Source of the DNA: Marispirochaeta sp.
GTDB lineage: Bacteria; Spirochaetota; Spirochaetia; JC444; Marispirochaetaceae
Reading direction: 5' to 3'
Length of the DNA: 64,000 nucleotides
NCBI GenBank assembly: GCA_963676835.2
Contig: CAXXFF010000001.1
Span: forward strand, 736,001-800,000
Below, piece by piece: positions 35,835 through 45,255 of the stretch (position 1 is the stretch's first letter; the number at the start of each line of letters is the position of its first letter). The notes below the pieces were generated by a model. The model saw nothing but the letters and a program-made list of their open reading frames with translations. It was not told the DNA's origin and ran no database searches. A program made the position numbers and the translations under genes.

Positions 35835-36904
35835 TATTTGGCCTCCTTGCGGAGTTCGCCGAACTTAACCGGCTGGGTGTAGCGGTTTATCATGGGTACA
35901 AAGATGTTCATAAGAATGATTGCCAGGGAGACTCCTTCGGGGAAAGAGCCGTATACCCGGATAAGGAAGGTAAGAAGACCGATGCCGGTACCATATATAA
36001 GCATACCCTTTTTTGTCAGGGGCGATGAAACCATGTCGGTGGCCATAAAGAAAAGGCCCAGCATAAAACCGCCGGAAAGCATATGAAAAAGCACATCTCC
36101 GGAAAAAAGACCCGCACCGTAGGGGATTCCGCCGAAGGCAAAGATCATTATGACAAAACTGGCAGCGTAGCTTACCACAATTTCCCAGTTGACAATCTTA
36201 ACGGCAATCAGGTAGATGCCGCCTAAAAGAAGCAGCAGCGCCGAAGCCTCGCCGATACAGCCGGGAATATTCCCCAGAAAAAGATCGACATAGCCGGAAT
36301 TGAGTCCGGGGATCATTGATGTAATGGTGTTGTCCAGGCCGGAAACCGGGAACTTCAGCTCCCGCAGCAGTGCCATGGGGCCGGCTATGGGGCCGGAGAC
36401 TTCCATCAGACCCGCCTTTATGCTTCCAAGGGGAGTAGCCATGGTTACCGCATCCAGGCCGAGGGCCCGGGGAACCGGCCAGGTGGTCATATCTCCCGTC
36501 CAGGAGAAGAAAACAAAAACACGGCCTGCCAATGCAGGGTTCATCCAGTTACGGCCGAGGCCGCCGAAGGTCCACTTTACAACCAGAATGGCAAAGGCCG
36601 AAGCAATCACCGGAATATAGAGCGGAACAGTTCCGGGCATATTCATACCAACCAGGAGTCCCGTAAGAAAGGCGCTTCCGTCTTTCAGGGTAAACCTGCC
36701 CAGAACCCGTCCGGCAAGGTATTCAAAAAGCAGACAGCTTGCAATTGAGACCAGCAGAACCAGCAGACTGGACAGTCCGAACTGATATATCCCCCACAGG
36801 GATGCCGGTGCAAGTGCCGCAGACACACGCCACATGATTGAAGCAGTTGTGTCTTTATGGTGTATGTGGGGTGATGACGTTACTAACAGGGATTCGGTAT
36901 TCAT
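35834..36904 (-). CDS. rnfD: Rnf complex subunit D
   Basis: SSPH, FGGLGRNWMNPALAGR, DAVTMATPL, FMATD, PEGV. Confidence 0.96.
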   Translation of the reverse strand: MNTESLLVTSSPHIHHKDTTASIMWRVSAALAPASLWGIYQFGLSSLLVLLVSIASCLLFEYLAGRVLGRFTLKDGSAFLTGLLVGMNMPGTVPLYIPVIASAFAILVVKWTFGGLGRNWMNPALAGRVFVFFSWTGDMTTWPVPRALGLDAVTMATPLGSIKAGLMEVSGPIAGPMALLRELKFPVSGLDNTITSMIPGLNSGYVDLFLGNIPGCIGEASALLLLLGGIYLIAVKIVNWEIVVSYAASFVIMIFAFGGIPYGAGLFSGDVLFHMLSGGFMLGLFFMATDMVSSPLTKKGMLIYGTGIGLLTFLIRVYGSFPEGVSLAIILMNIFVPMINRYTQPVKFGELRKEAK

Positions 36905-36949
36905 CCTAACCTCATATCTTCAAGTTTGTTTATGTGCCGCCTCATGGCT

Positions 36950-38311
36950 TCAGGCCCGGGCCGCAGCATCTTTACGGGCTTTTCTGCGTCTCAGCTCGTA
37001 CTTTCCGCCTTTCATCCCCTGAACCAGCGGAATGTGTGCAGGACAGGAATAACCGCAGCAGCCGCATTCCTTGCAGTCGAGAAGACCGATAGCCATGGCG
37101 GATTCGTACTCCTGATGATCCAGCAGTTTGAAAAGCCGTGTAGGATTGAGACCCATAGGACAGGCAGCCACACAGCGCCCGCAGGAGATACAGGCAGTTG
37201 AGGTTCCCTGGCCAAGTTCCTTCTCGGTCAGAGCAAGAATGCCGGAGGTTCCCTTGGCGGTGGGTGTATCCTCATCAAAGAATGAGAAGCCCATCATTGG
37301 CCCTCCCGCCACCAGCTTGACTGTATCATCAAGCTTGCCGCCGGCAGCCTCGATAAGGAGCCGTACAGGAGTACCTACCCGGGCCCGGAAATTAACGGGT
37401 TCTGTTATTCCGGCACCGGTAATGGAAACAATTCTTTCATACAGAGCCTTTCCGCATGCAATTGCCTCATAGACGGCATTAACGGTGCTCACATTGGCAA
37501 CCACCGCACCGACTTCGATGGGCAGTGCACCTGAGGGGACCTCCCGGTTGATTACAGCCTTAAGCAGCTGTTTTTCGTCTCCCTGGGGATATTTCATCTT
37601 CAGGGGATAAACCTTTACCGGAATAGATGCCTTTGCGGCATACTCTTTCATTATTTTGATTGCATCAGGCTTGTTTTTCTCGATACCGATACGGACCTCT
37701 GCGGGCTGAAGTATTTTATAGAGAATTTCGAGGCCTTTAAATATTTCTGCAGTCTTCTCCAGCATCAGCCGGTGGTCTGAGGTAAGATAGGGCTCACACT
37801 CAACACCATTGATTACCAGGTATTCAGCTTTTGCTCCCTTGGGCAAGGAAAACTTCACATGGGCCGGAAAGGTGGCTCCTCCCATACCGACAATGCCGTA
37901 ATCGGCGATCATCTTGAGAAGTGCCTGGTTGTCGAGGCTCTTCCATGCATCAGTTTCCGGATACTCCGGAGGTGCGGTTCCATCGTGGGCTATTACTACA
38001 GCCCTGGACTTTCCTCCGTGGGGAAGAAATACCTCGGTAAACTCTTTTATTTCGCCTGCACAGGGGCTGTGAACATTGGCTGAGATAAATCCTGAGGATT
38101 TACCGAGGAGGTCACCGTAATTTACCGTGTCCCCTACTTCTACAACTGCTTCCGCCGGACTTCCCAGGTGCTGGGAAAGAGGAACAACAAAAAGCTCCGG
38201 CAGCGGTGCCTCACGAACAGAGACGGTGTTGCAGTAGTGCTTGTTATCCCGCGGGTGGATTCCGCCTTTACTGAAGGTGTAGAATGCCTTTTCTGATTGT
38301 TTAGTATTCAT
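36950..38311 (-). CDS. rnfC: Rnf complex subunit C
   Basis: GIVGMGGATFP, NGVECEPYLTSD, YPQGDEKQL, CISCGRCVAACP, CKECGCCGYSCP. Confidence 0.97.
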   Translation of the reverse strand: MNTKQSEKAFYTFSKGGIHPRDNKHYCNTVSVREAPLPELFVVPLSQHLGSPAEAVVEVGDTVNYGDLLGKSSGFISANVHSPCAGEIKEFTEVFLPHGGKSRAVVIAHDGTAPPEYPETDAWKSLDNQALLKMIADYGIVGMGGATFPAHVKFSLPKGAKAEYLVINGVECEPYLTSDHRLMLEKTAEIFKGLEILYKILQPAEVRIGIEKNKPDAIKIMKEYAAKASIPVKVYPLKMKYPQGDEKQLLKAVINREVPSGALPIEVGAVVANVSTVNAVYEAIACGKALYERIVSITGAGITEPVNFRARVGTPVRLLIEAAGGKLDDTVKLVAGGPMMGFSFFDEDTPTAKGTSGILALTEKELGQGTSTACISCGRCVAACPMGLNPTRLFKLLDHQEYESAMAIGLLDCKECGCCGYSCPAHIPLVQGMKGGKYELRRRKARKDAAARA

Positions 38312-39825
38312 GCAGTTTGGCTCATTCTCCTTGATTGGTAGCTTCCATTAAAATGAGTGATTACCCGCCGTTTTTCCTCAAGTGCATGGGCCAGGCCGAT
38401 AAACATTAGAGTCAGCAGTAAAGCGAAGCCCGGATAAACACCATAAACCGGGGTTTTTCCGAAGCTTACAGCCCTGGTGAGGATACCTTTCGGGGTGCCA
38501 TCTTGAAGAAAAAAAGTAGAAATACGGTCGGTATCGTTGTCAATTATAGCTGTATACCATGGGGATGTAAACCGCCAAATTGGTCTGTCCAATTCATTTA
38601 TGCGATTTTTTTCATATATGAATGTGCTAATAAATATACCTTTCTTTACCGCATCAAGAGAAAACTCCGGCCGGTAGAGATAGTTCTCCTGAAAGAACTT
38701 ATGGGTAATATAGGAGGCAAGAGAAGGAAGCCCTGACTCCAGTTCAAGCTGTTCAAGGGCGTAGAGATTATCCAGAGGGTTATCACTTACAGAGTCCAGA
38801 CTGACTGAAAGAGGCAGTTGCAGCTTCCCGGAATTGTCTGGGGAAAGAGGAAAGAACGCAAGCAGCATGGCTGCCGCAACTGCGGCGGTCTGCAGGGAAT
38901 AACGTTTAAACCGCATTTTACCCGGTTTCAGGGGTACATGTACAAACAGGGGATGTACCATCCTTCCGGAACGGGACAAGCCTAAAGCTATCCGTCCCCG
39001 TAATAATGCAAATCCTGCAAGAGAAGCGGAAAATGGAAACCGGAAAAAATCCGTAAATGAGACATAAAAACCGTAAAACGCCATGGCAATCACAAGTCCC
39101 GAGGCAAGAATGACAAGCTCTTTGCGCCGGGATGGTTCCAGGGACTGTTGGGGATCATGAATCCGCCTAACCATCAGAGGCATCAGCAGATTAATCATGG
39201 CAGGTATGGCAAAAACGCCGAACAGAACAAGATACAGTGCTTCCGGACCGGAAACAATCAGACCGATTCCCCAGGGAATCATAACCAGAAAACTCAAAAT
39301 CCTGTAGGATGACTGCAAAAGCAGCACTACCAACAGAGCTGATAGAAAAAGAATCCCGTCCCTGACAGGCGTCGGCGGACCGGCATCAGCCAGCAGAGCG
39401 ACGTCCCTTTCGATACCGGATTCCTGCAGCAGTTTTCTCAGATCCCGCAGAGGCATATCACGGGCAATATAGAGAATCTCCGCGGCCTCCCCGTTCCATA
39501 TACCGGAAAACATGGATGGAAGGGAACGGATAAACGGATCGATTCTGGGATCCAGGGAAGAAAAATGCTGTGAAACCTCAGAGAGAGGAAGAGTATTCAG
39601 GTGATCGAAACCGCTTAGTGTTACCTCCGCCGTCCGAGGAGAGAGGACATTGAGAGAATCGGGAAGCATCGCCTCCAGGGCAGCACTGTCACGGCAGACT
39701 AGAGTATACCATTCAGGCCAAAGCTTAAGATCTGCCCCAACCGACTCCCGGCCGCTGAAAAACAGAAGAGCCGAAATCAGGCTGTAAAGAAGAATCCATG
39801 GAACTGGACGCAGGCGGGATCGCAT
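38308..39825 (-). CDS. Multi-pass membrane hypothetical protein
   Basis: 505-aa ORF with about 7-8 hydrophobic segments; ATGA overlap with rnfC. Confidence 0.7.
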   Translation of the reverse strand: MRSRLRPVPWILLYSLISALLFFSGRESVGADLKLWPEWYTLVCRDSAALEAMLPDSLNVLSPRTAEVTLSGFDHLNTLPLSEVSQHFSSLDPRIDPFIRSLPSMFSGIWNGEAAEILYIARDMPLRDLRKLLQESGIERDVALLADAGPPTPVRDGILFLSALLVVLLLQSSYRILSFLVMIPWGIGLIVSGPEALYLVLFGVFAIPAMINLLMPLMVRRIHDPQQSLEPSRRKELVILASGLVIAMAFYGFYVSFTDFFRFPFSASLAGFALLRGRIALGLSRSGRMVHPLFVHVPLKPGKMRFKRYSLQTAAVAAAMLLAFFPLSPDNSGKLQLPLSVSLDSVSDNPLDNLYALEQLELESGLPSLASYITHKFFQENYLYRPEFSLDAVKKGIFISTFIYEKNRINELDRPIWRFTSPWYTAIIDNDTDRISTFFLQDGTPKGILTRAVSFGKTPVYGVYPGFALLLTLMFIGLAHALEEKRRVITHFNGSYQSRRMSQTA

Positions 39826-39837
39826 GAAAGAAAACCC

Positions 39838-40293
39838 CTAGAGTTTGCAGAAAGCTACGGCGATAAAGAATCCGAGAATCACTCCGATGGACACTTCCGT
39901 GGTCGTATGGCCGTGAACCTCTTTCACCGGAGAAAACGGTATTTTGTATCGTTTCTTGAGCTCTTCTCCGAGACTGTTCAGTGCCTGAGCCTGAAGCCCG
40001 GCGGAACGCCGCACACCCAAGGCATCACGAATGACCAGGAGAGAGAAAAAAAGCATGGAGATAAACAGGGGCGAATCGATGCCCTCGGTGAACCCGATGG
40101 AGGTAGCAAGAGCGGTTACCGCAGAGGAATGGCTTGACGGCATTCCACCGGTACGCCAGAGCAGCGTGTAGACTATCTCTTTTGATTTTCTGGATTTAGG
40201 ATTAAAAAGCTCGATTGCCGTTTTGACGAACTGGGCCATAAACCAGCCGAAGATCGCCGACAAGAAAACAGGATGACTGAGTAAGCGGTACAC
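39838..40293 (-). CDS. Divergent PAP2 family protein (DUF212)
   Basis: TGGMPSSHS, DALGVRR.AG.QA, KE..GHT. Confidence 0.92.
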   Translation of the reverse strand: MYRLLSHPVFLSAIFGWFMAQFVKTAIELFNPKSRKSKEIVYTLLWRTGGMPSSHSSAVTALATSIGFTEGIDSPLFISMLFFSLLVIRDALGVRRSAGLQAQALNSLGEELKKRYKIPFSPVKEVHGHTTTEVSIGVILGFFIAVAFCKL

Positions 40294-40383
40294 TTAAAAT
40301 TCTCCGTTGGCGATCATATTGAAGGTATTTTCCCCGGCTCCATACTATTTGTCAAGGCGGCCGGAAAAGAGTATAGTCAATTT

Positions 40384-41268
40384 GTGAAGAGAGTTTTCAA
40401 CCATATACAGTTTCTCCTCAAAGGGGTAAAAGTCTTTGCCCTGGTGGGACGCAGCGGCACCGGCAAGAGTTTCAGGGCAAAACTGGTGGCCCAGAAATAC
40501 GGTATGGAGCTTATTATCGATGACGGGCTTCTGATTCATGACCAGAAAATTATAGCTGGAAAATCGGCAAAGAAAGAGAAAGCATACCTGGGTGCAATCA
40601 AGACAGCCCTCTTCGACGATTCCGCCCACAGGGCTGATGTTCTTGAAGCCCTGCACCAGGTAAAATTCCGCAGCATACTGATTCTGGGGACCAGCGACCG
40701 CATGGTCGCAAAAATTGCCAAGCGCCTCAAGCTGCCGGCAATCTCCAAAATCATTCACATAGAAGATATCGCAACCACCGACGAAATAGAAACCGCCATT
40801 CGATCCCGCAAAATCGAGGGAAAACACATTATCCCGGTACCGACAATAGAGATCGCCAGAAACTACTCTCATATTATGTATGATTCGGTGAAAATCTTCC
40901 TGAAGAACAAACTCCCCTACCTTAACCTGAAAAAGCAGCAGGTATATGAAAAAACCGTGGTACGGCCGGAGTTCTCAAAAAAAGGCAAGGTATCAATCTC
41001 CAAGGCGGCTCTCACCCAGATGGTTCTCCATTGTGCCGAAGAGTACGATTCCACCATAAGCCTGCAGAAGGTGCATGCCCGGATCGATAATCAGGGCTAC
41101 ATCCTTACCCTGCATGTCCATGTACCCTACGGCGTGCAGCTCTCGGGAAACCTCCATGGTTTTCAGGAGTACCTCATTGACAGCCTTGAACGCTATGCCG
41201 GAATAATCATCCAGAAAGTAAACGTCATTATCGAAGACTTCCATTCCGGACGATCTGCCAGGACTTGA
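40384..41268 (+). CDS. P-loop NTPase fused to an Asp23/Gls24-like domain
   Basis: ALVGRSGTGKSFRA, IIDDGLLI, AGKSAK, GKHIIPVP, EKTVVRP, C-terminal VNVII. Confidence 0.8.
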   Translation: MKRVFNHIQFLLKGVKVFALVGRSGTGKSFRAKLVAQKYGMELIIDDGLLIHDQKIIAGKSAKKEKAYLGAIKTALFDDSAHRADVLEALHQVKFRSILILGTSDRMVAKIAKRLKLPAISKIIHIEDIATTDEIETAIRSRKIEGKHIIPVPTIEIARNYSHIMYDSVKIFLKNKLPYLNLKKQQVYEKTVVRPEFSKKGKVSISKAALTQMVLHCAEEYDSTISLQKVHARIDNQGYILTLHVHVPYGVQLSGNLHGFQEYLIDSLERYAGIIIQKVNVIIEDFHSGRSART

Positions 41269-41296
41269 GATTATACCCTTCACTGTCGATAGTTAA

Positions 41297-41352
41297 AGGG
41301 AAACTCTCAACTTATCGTGTTGTAGAAAACACCGTATTGGAAGAGTTTCCCT
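41297..41352. repeat. 56-bp element bounded by an 11-bp perfect inverted repeat
   Basis: AGGGAAACTCT (41297-41307) ... AGAGTTTCCCT (41342-41352), intergenic. Confidence 0.6.
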
Positions 41353-41410
41353 GAAACAGGAATACCATGAACCCGGTAACGGGCTTTTTCTTAAACGAAG
41401 GAGATTGACG

Positions 41411-42676
41411 ATGAAGGGGATACCACTTAACAGACTCTTACGGATACTGCTTATCTTTACAGCCCTGTTCATAAGCGTCCCCCTTATGGCACAGGAGGAT
41501 TTCTCCGCCGCCGAGGGAGATTACTACCGGGTGCTTGCCCAGGGAGATGATGCCGGGGCACGGAATATCGCAGACCGGCTCGACGCCTATGCAGAGCTCT
41601 TTGAGGATTTTCTCCATTTTGACCGCTCCGGGCTCCCTTCCCGACTCAAGGTCCGCATATTTGCAGATCAGAATGCGTATGCCGCCTATCTGGAATCCAG
41701 CATCGGAACTCCGAAGGACAGCTTTGTTTTCCTGCAGTACTCCGACCCGACCATGAGTGAACTGGTGGGATACATGAACGGCAGTGATTTTGAACGCTCC
41801 CTGGTGCATCATGCCTTTATTCAGTATCTCAAAACCTTTGTACAGTTTCCGCCCCTGTGGCTGCAGAAGGGAATGGCCATTTACCTGGAAAACTCACGCT
41901 ACAACGGAGCCGAAAACAGGGCTGAATACCGGGAGAACCTCTCCTGGCTTAAGAGCCTGAAAACCTATATTGCCCTGGAAACAGAGATTATCCCGGTTTC
42001 CCTGCTGCTTACCATGGATGTGGAATCCGCCAACCGGCAGATTGAAAGCTTTTATGCCCAGAGCTGGGGACTTGTTCATTTTCTTCTGAACAGCCAGGAC
42101 AAACGCTACAACCGGATTATCTGGGATGCCCTCTCGGCTCTGAAAGCCGACGTGCCCCGGGAAGAGAATGAATCAGCGGTAATAGACAAGGGCTTTGCCT
42201 GGGTAAACAAGGAAGAGTTTCTCAACAGTTTCAGCACCTACATGGATGAGCTGAAGACCTTCCCTGAACTGGTTCAGCAGGGAATTGCCCTTTATAGCCA
42301 GGGAGACTATACCGAAGCGGAAAAGAGCTTCAACCGGTCACTTGAACTGAAAAAGAGCCACTATATTCCCTACTACTATCTGGGTTTGATTAAATACGCA
42401 GAGCAGGATTACGCCATGTCCGACTATTTCTACAGCCAGGCGCTTGACCGCAACGGATCACCGGGGCTCATCTACTATGCCAGGGGTATTACCGCATATT
42501 CAGCGGAAGATATTACCGGTGCCAGGGAGTATCTGGATATGGTTCTGAATGAAGATCCCGCCGAATACGGCGGCAAAGCTCAGGAACTGCTTGAGCGGAT
42601 GGATTCGGAAGAATCAGCAGTACCTGCCGTTCCGGAATCCCCGGAAACTTCAGATACAGAAGTTTCTGCAGAATGA
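41411..42676 (+). CDS. Exported DUF1570/peptidase-MA-like domain + TPR protein
   Basis: SD AAGGAG, signal peptide, LVHHAFIQY, PLWLQKGMAIY, FYAQSWGLVHFL, C-terminal TPR helices. Confidence 0.75.
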   Translation: MKGIPLNRLLRILLIFTALFISVPLMAQEDFSAAEGDYYRVLAQGDDAGARNIADRLDAYAELFEDFLHFDRSGLPSRLKVRIFADQNAYAAYLESSIGTPKDSFVFLQYSDPTMSELVGYMNGSDFERSLVHHAFIQYLKTFVQFPPLWLQKGMAIYLENSRYNGAENRAEYRENLSWLKSLKTYIALETEIIPVSLLLTMDVESANRQIESFYAQSWGLVHFLLNSQDKRYNRIIWDALSALKADVPREENESAVIDKGFAWVNKEEFLNSFSTYMDELKTFPELVQQGIALYSQGDYTEAEKSFNRSLELKKSHYIPYYYLGLIKYAEQDYAMSDYFYSQALDRNGSPGLIYYARGITAYSAEDITGAREYLDMVLNEDPAEYGGKAQELLERMDSEESAVPAVPESPETSDTEVSAE

Positions 42677-43788
42677 TCATCAGGCCCCGCTTCCGGCGGG
42701 GCTTTCTTTTTGCGCTTCCGGCGGCGGCGCTTCTTTTTCTTTTTAACCTTTACAATACCTTCGGCATCGAAAAGCTGTTTTACCGCCCCTTCCACATCGG
42801 CATTGGGAGGAGTAAGAGGCGAAAGAAGCTCTTTAAAGCCGCGGAAAATATATTTAAAGAGAACTTCAAACTCAAGGTCATCGGGGATATCCTGATAAGG
42901 AGAAAATACACGGAAAATGACTTCCCCCCGGCTGACCGGTTCTCCCTCTTTCATCCGGGAATCCAGGCCCTGAAGACTGTCAAAAAAATCCCGCAATCCC
43001 CGTTTGCCGTTCTTTTCAAGAATCTCCTCTTTCAAGGAAGGAAGCATATAATCAAAAAGACCATACTGGTCCGCCAGCTTCATAACCGCAGAAGCGCTTC
43101 CACCTTCGAGAATCTTGAAAACCTCCTCGGTCATCCTGGAAGTGGAGACTCCCTGAAGGTTGTTTGAAAAGCGACGGATTGTCTTTTTCAGACCGAAGGG
43201 AATGGAAAAGCCTCCGGCTGCAGCATATTTCACCGCCCTGATCATCCGCACTGGATCTTCGTCGAAGGTTGAATCCAGAGGAAGAAGCGAACGCATCCGC
43301 CGGGAGCGTATATCCTTCATGGCCTGGACAAAATCAAGTATCTGCTCTTTTTTGGGATCATAGTAAAGCGCGTTTATGGAAAAATCACGGCGCTCTACAT
43401 CTTCTTCAAGGGTCCCGAAATCATTATTGTCCGCTCCGGGCTCGTTGGACCGGAAGGTGGAAACCTCTATTATACTCCCGTCTTTGAAATGAACATGCAC
43501 CAGGCGAAACCGCCGGCCGATTATACGGGAATTCCAGAAGAGGCGCCGGACTTTTTTGGGCTGGGCATCGGTGGTTATATCAAAATCTTTTGGAGTCTTG
43601 TCGTTCAGGAGATCACGGACAGCGCCGCCGACAATATAGGCGTGATAGCCTTCATTCTGAAGGCGGTCAGTGATTAAAAGAGCTTCCCTGTCTATTTTAC
43701 TGCGCGATATTCCGTGCTCGTCAACTGTGTAGATACGGGCGCGCTCATAACGCCTGCCGGATTTATCGATACCGTAACGGATCAGCAA
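42580..43788 (-). CDS. pcnB: Poly(A) polymerase I
   Basis: YIVGGAVRDLL, KDFD, PAP-specific IIGRRFRLVHV, RRDFSINALYY, EDPVRMIRA; poly-basic C-terminal tail. Confidence 0.92.
   Translation of the reverse strand: MLIRYGIDKSGRRYERARIYTVDEHGISRSKIDREALLITDRLQNEGYHAYIVGGAVRDLLNDKTPKDFDITTDAQPKKVRRLFWNSRIIGRRFRLVHVHFKDGSIIEVSTFRSNEPGADNNDFGTLEEDVERRDFSINALYYDPKKEQILDFVQAMKDIRSRRMRSLLPLDSTFDEDPVRMIRAVKYAAAGGFSIPFGLKKTIRRFSNNLQGVSTSRMTEEVFKILEGGSASAVMKLADQYGLFDYMLPSLKEEILEKNGKRGLRDFFDSLQGLDSRMKEGEPVSRGEVIFRVFSPYQDIPDDLEFEVLFKYIFRGFKELLSPLTPPNADVEGAVKQLFDAEGIVKVKKKKKRRRRKRKKKAPPEAGPDDHSAETSVSEVSGDSGTAGTADSSESIRSSSS
42684..42711 (+). terminator. Rho-independent terminator of the TPR gene, embedded in pcnB coding sequence
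   Basis: GCCCCGC-ttccg-GCGGGGC followed by TTTCTTTTT, about 7 nt after the TPR-gene stop. Confidence 0.7.
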
Positions 43789-43947
43789 TGGTGTACCTGC
43801 TTCTGATTAAGAACATTAAGAGTGTTACAAACCATATTCTAACCGCCTTTGAGCCATTATTGCAAGCTTTGTATGCTTATGCTTGAAAATGGACGGTATT
43901 CAGTCCATAGTAAGGAATACGAGAACAATCATCCAGCGAGGTACCGC

Positions 43948-45255
43948 ATGTCATCTATTATTCAGCCCCGGGTCCTGAAGGGGTTCAGAGATTTTCTTCC
44001 CGAGACGGAGATCCGCCGGAGGGGGATAACCCGTATTCTTGAGGAACAGTTCCGCCTCTTCGGCTTTGTTCCCATTGATACACCGGTACTGGAATATACG
44101 GAAGTTCTTCTGGGCAAAGGCGGCGGAGAGACAGACAAGCAGGTATACCGCTTTGAAGATCACGGTAAGCGTGATGTATCCATGCGCTTTGATCTTACCG
44201 TTCCCTTTGCACGTTTTATGGCAGCCCATGTGAATGAACTCTACCTCCCCTTCAAGCGCTATCATATGGCCAAGGTTTTCCGGGGAGAAAACACCCAGCG
44301 GGGACGGTACCGGGAGTTCATGCAGTGCGACTTCGACATCGTAGGCACCGATTCCGCCTCTGCGGACTTTGAGATTCTGACCATGATGCACGACAGCTTT
44401 GCGGCTCTGGGTGTTTCAGATGTCACTATCCACCTTTCCCACCGGGGCATTTTCAACCGCTTCCTTTCCCACCGGGGAATACAGGATAATTCCGTCGAGA
44501 TTCTGCGTATTGTGGACAAACTTGCAAAAATAGGACGGGACGAAGTCCTGCGGCAGCTTGAGGAGCTTACAGGCGGGGAAAACGCCGAAGCCATCCTTGA
44601 CTATATCAGTGCTGAGGGAGCCTTTCCACAAGTTCTCAGCCAGCTTGAGAAACTCTCCGGCGGAGAGAGTGAGGATACCCTCAGGCTGAAAGGACTCTAT
44701 ACCGCCATGGAAAGCTGCGGACTCACAGAACGCTTCAAACTGGATCCCTCAATTACCCGTGGACTGGATTATTATACCGGGGTTGTATTTGAAACCTTTC
44801 TGGATAAACTCCCCGGCATCGGGTCGGTCTGTTCCGGCGGACGATACAACAATCTCGCATCCCTTTATACAAAACAGGAGCTTCCCGGAGTCGGTGCCTC
44901 AATAGGACTGGACCGCCTGATGGCAGCCCTGGAGGAACTGGGAGATAACGCCGGAAATGATGCCTCCGCCGATGCTGTGATATTCTGCATGGATGCGGAA
45001 GGCACCGGAGCCTTTCACGCATTTGCACGGGAACTCCGAAAGGCAGGTATCCGCACCGAGGTTTACCCTGAGGCAAAAAAACTGGGACCCCAGTTCGCTT
45101 TTGCAGAAAAGAAAGGTGCCGCAGCGGCGGTTATGCTGGGCGAAGAAGAACGGAAAAACGGTACAATAACGGTTAAAGACCTGACAACCAGAACAAACCA
45201 TACAGGCCTCAGCACAGAAGACGCTGTAAACCTGATAAAAGGTATGATTAGTTGA
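43948..45255 (+). CDS. hisS: Histidine-tRNA ligase
   Basis: Start MSSIIQPR after SD GAGG; KGFRDF, RFDLTVP, RGENTQRGRYREF, RGLDYYTG, GGRYN. Confidence 0.97.
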   Translation: MSSIIQPRVLKGFRDFLPETEIRRRGITRILEEQFRLFGFVPIDTPVLEYTEVLLGKGGGETDKQVYRFEDHGKRDVSMRFDLTVPFARFMAAHVNELYLPFKRYHMAKVFRGENTQRGRYREFMQCDFDIVGTDSASADFEILTMMHDSFAALGVSDVTIHLSHRGIFNRFLSHRGIQDNSVEILRIVDKLAKIGRDEVLRQLEELTGGENAEAILDYISAEGAFPQVLSQLEKLSGGESEDTLRLKGLYTAMESCGLTERFKLDPSITRGLDYYTGVVFETFLDKLPGIGSVCSGGRYNNLASLYTKQELPGVGASIGLDRLMAALEELGDNAGNDASADAVIFCMDAEGTGAFHAFARELRKAGIRTEVYPEAKKLGPQFAFAEKKGAAAAVMLGEEERKNGTITVKDLTTRTNHTGLSTEDAVNLIKGMIS

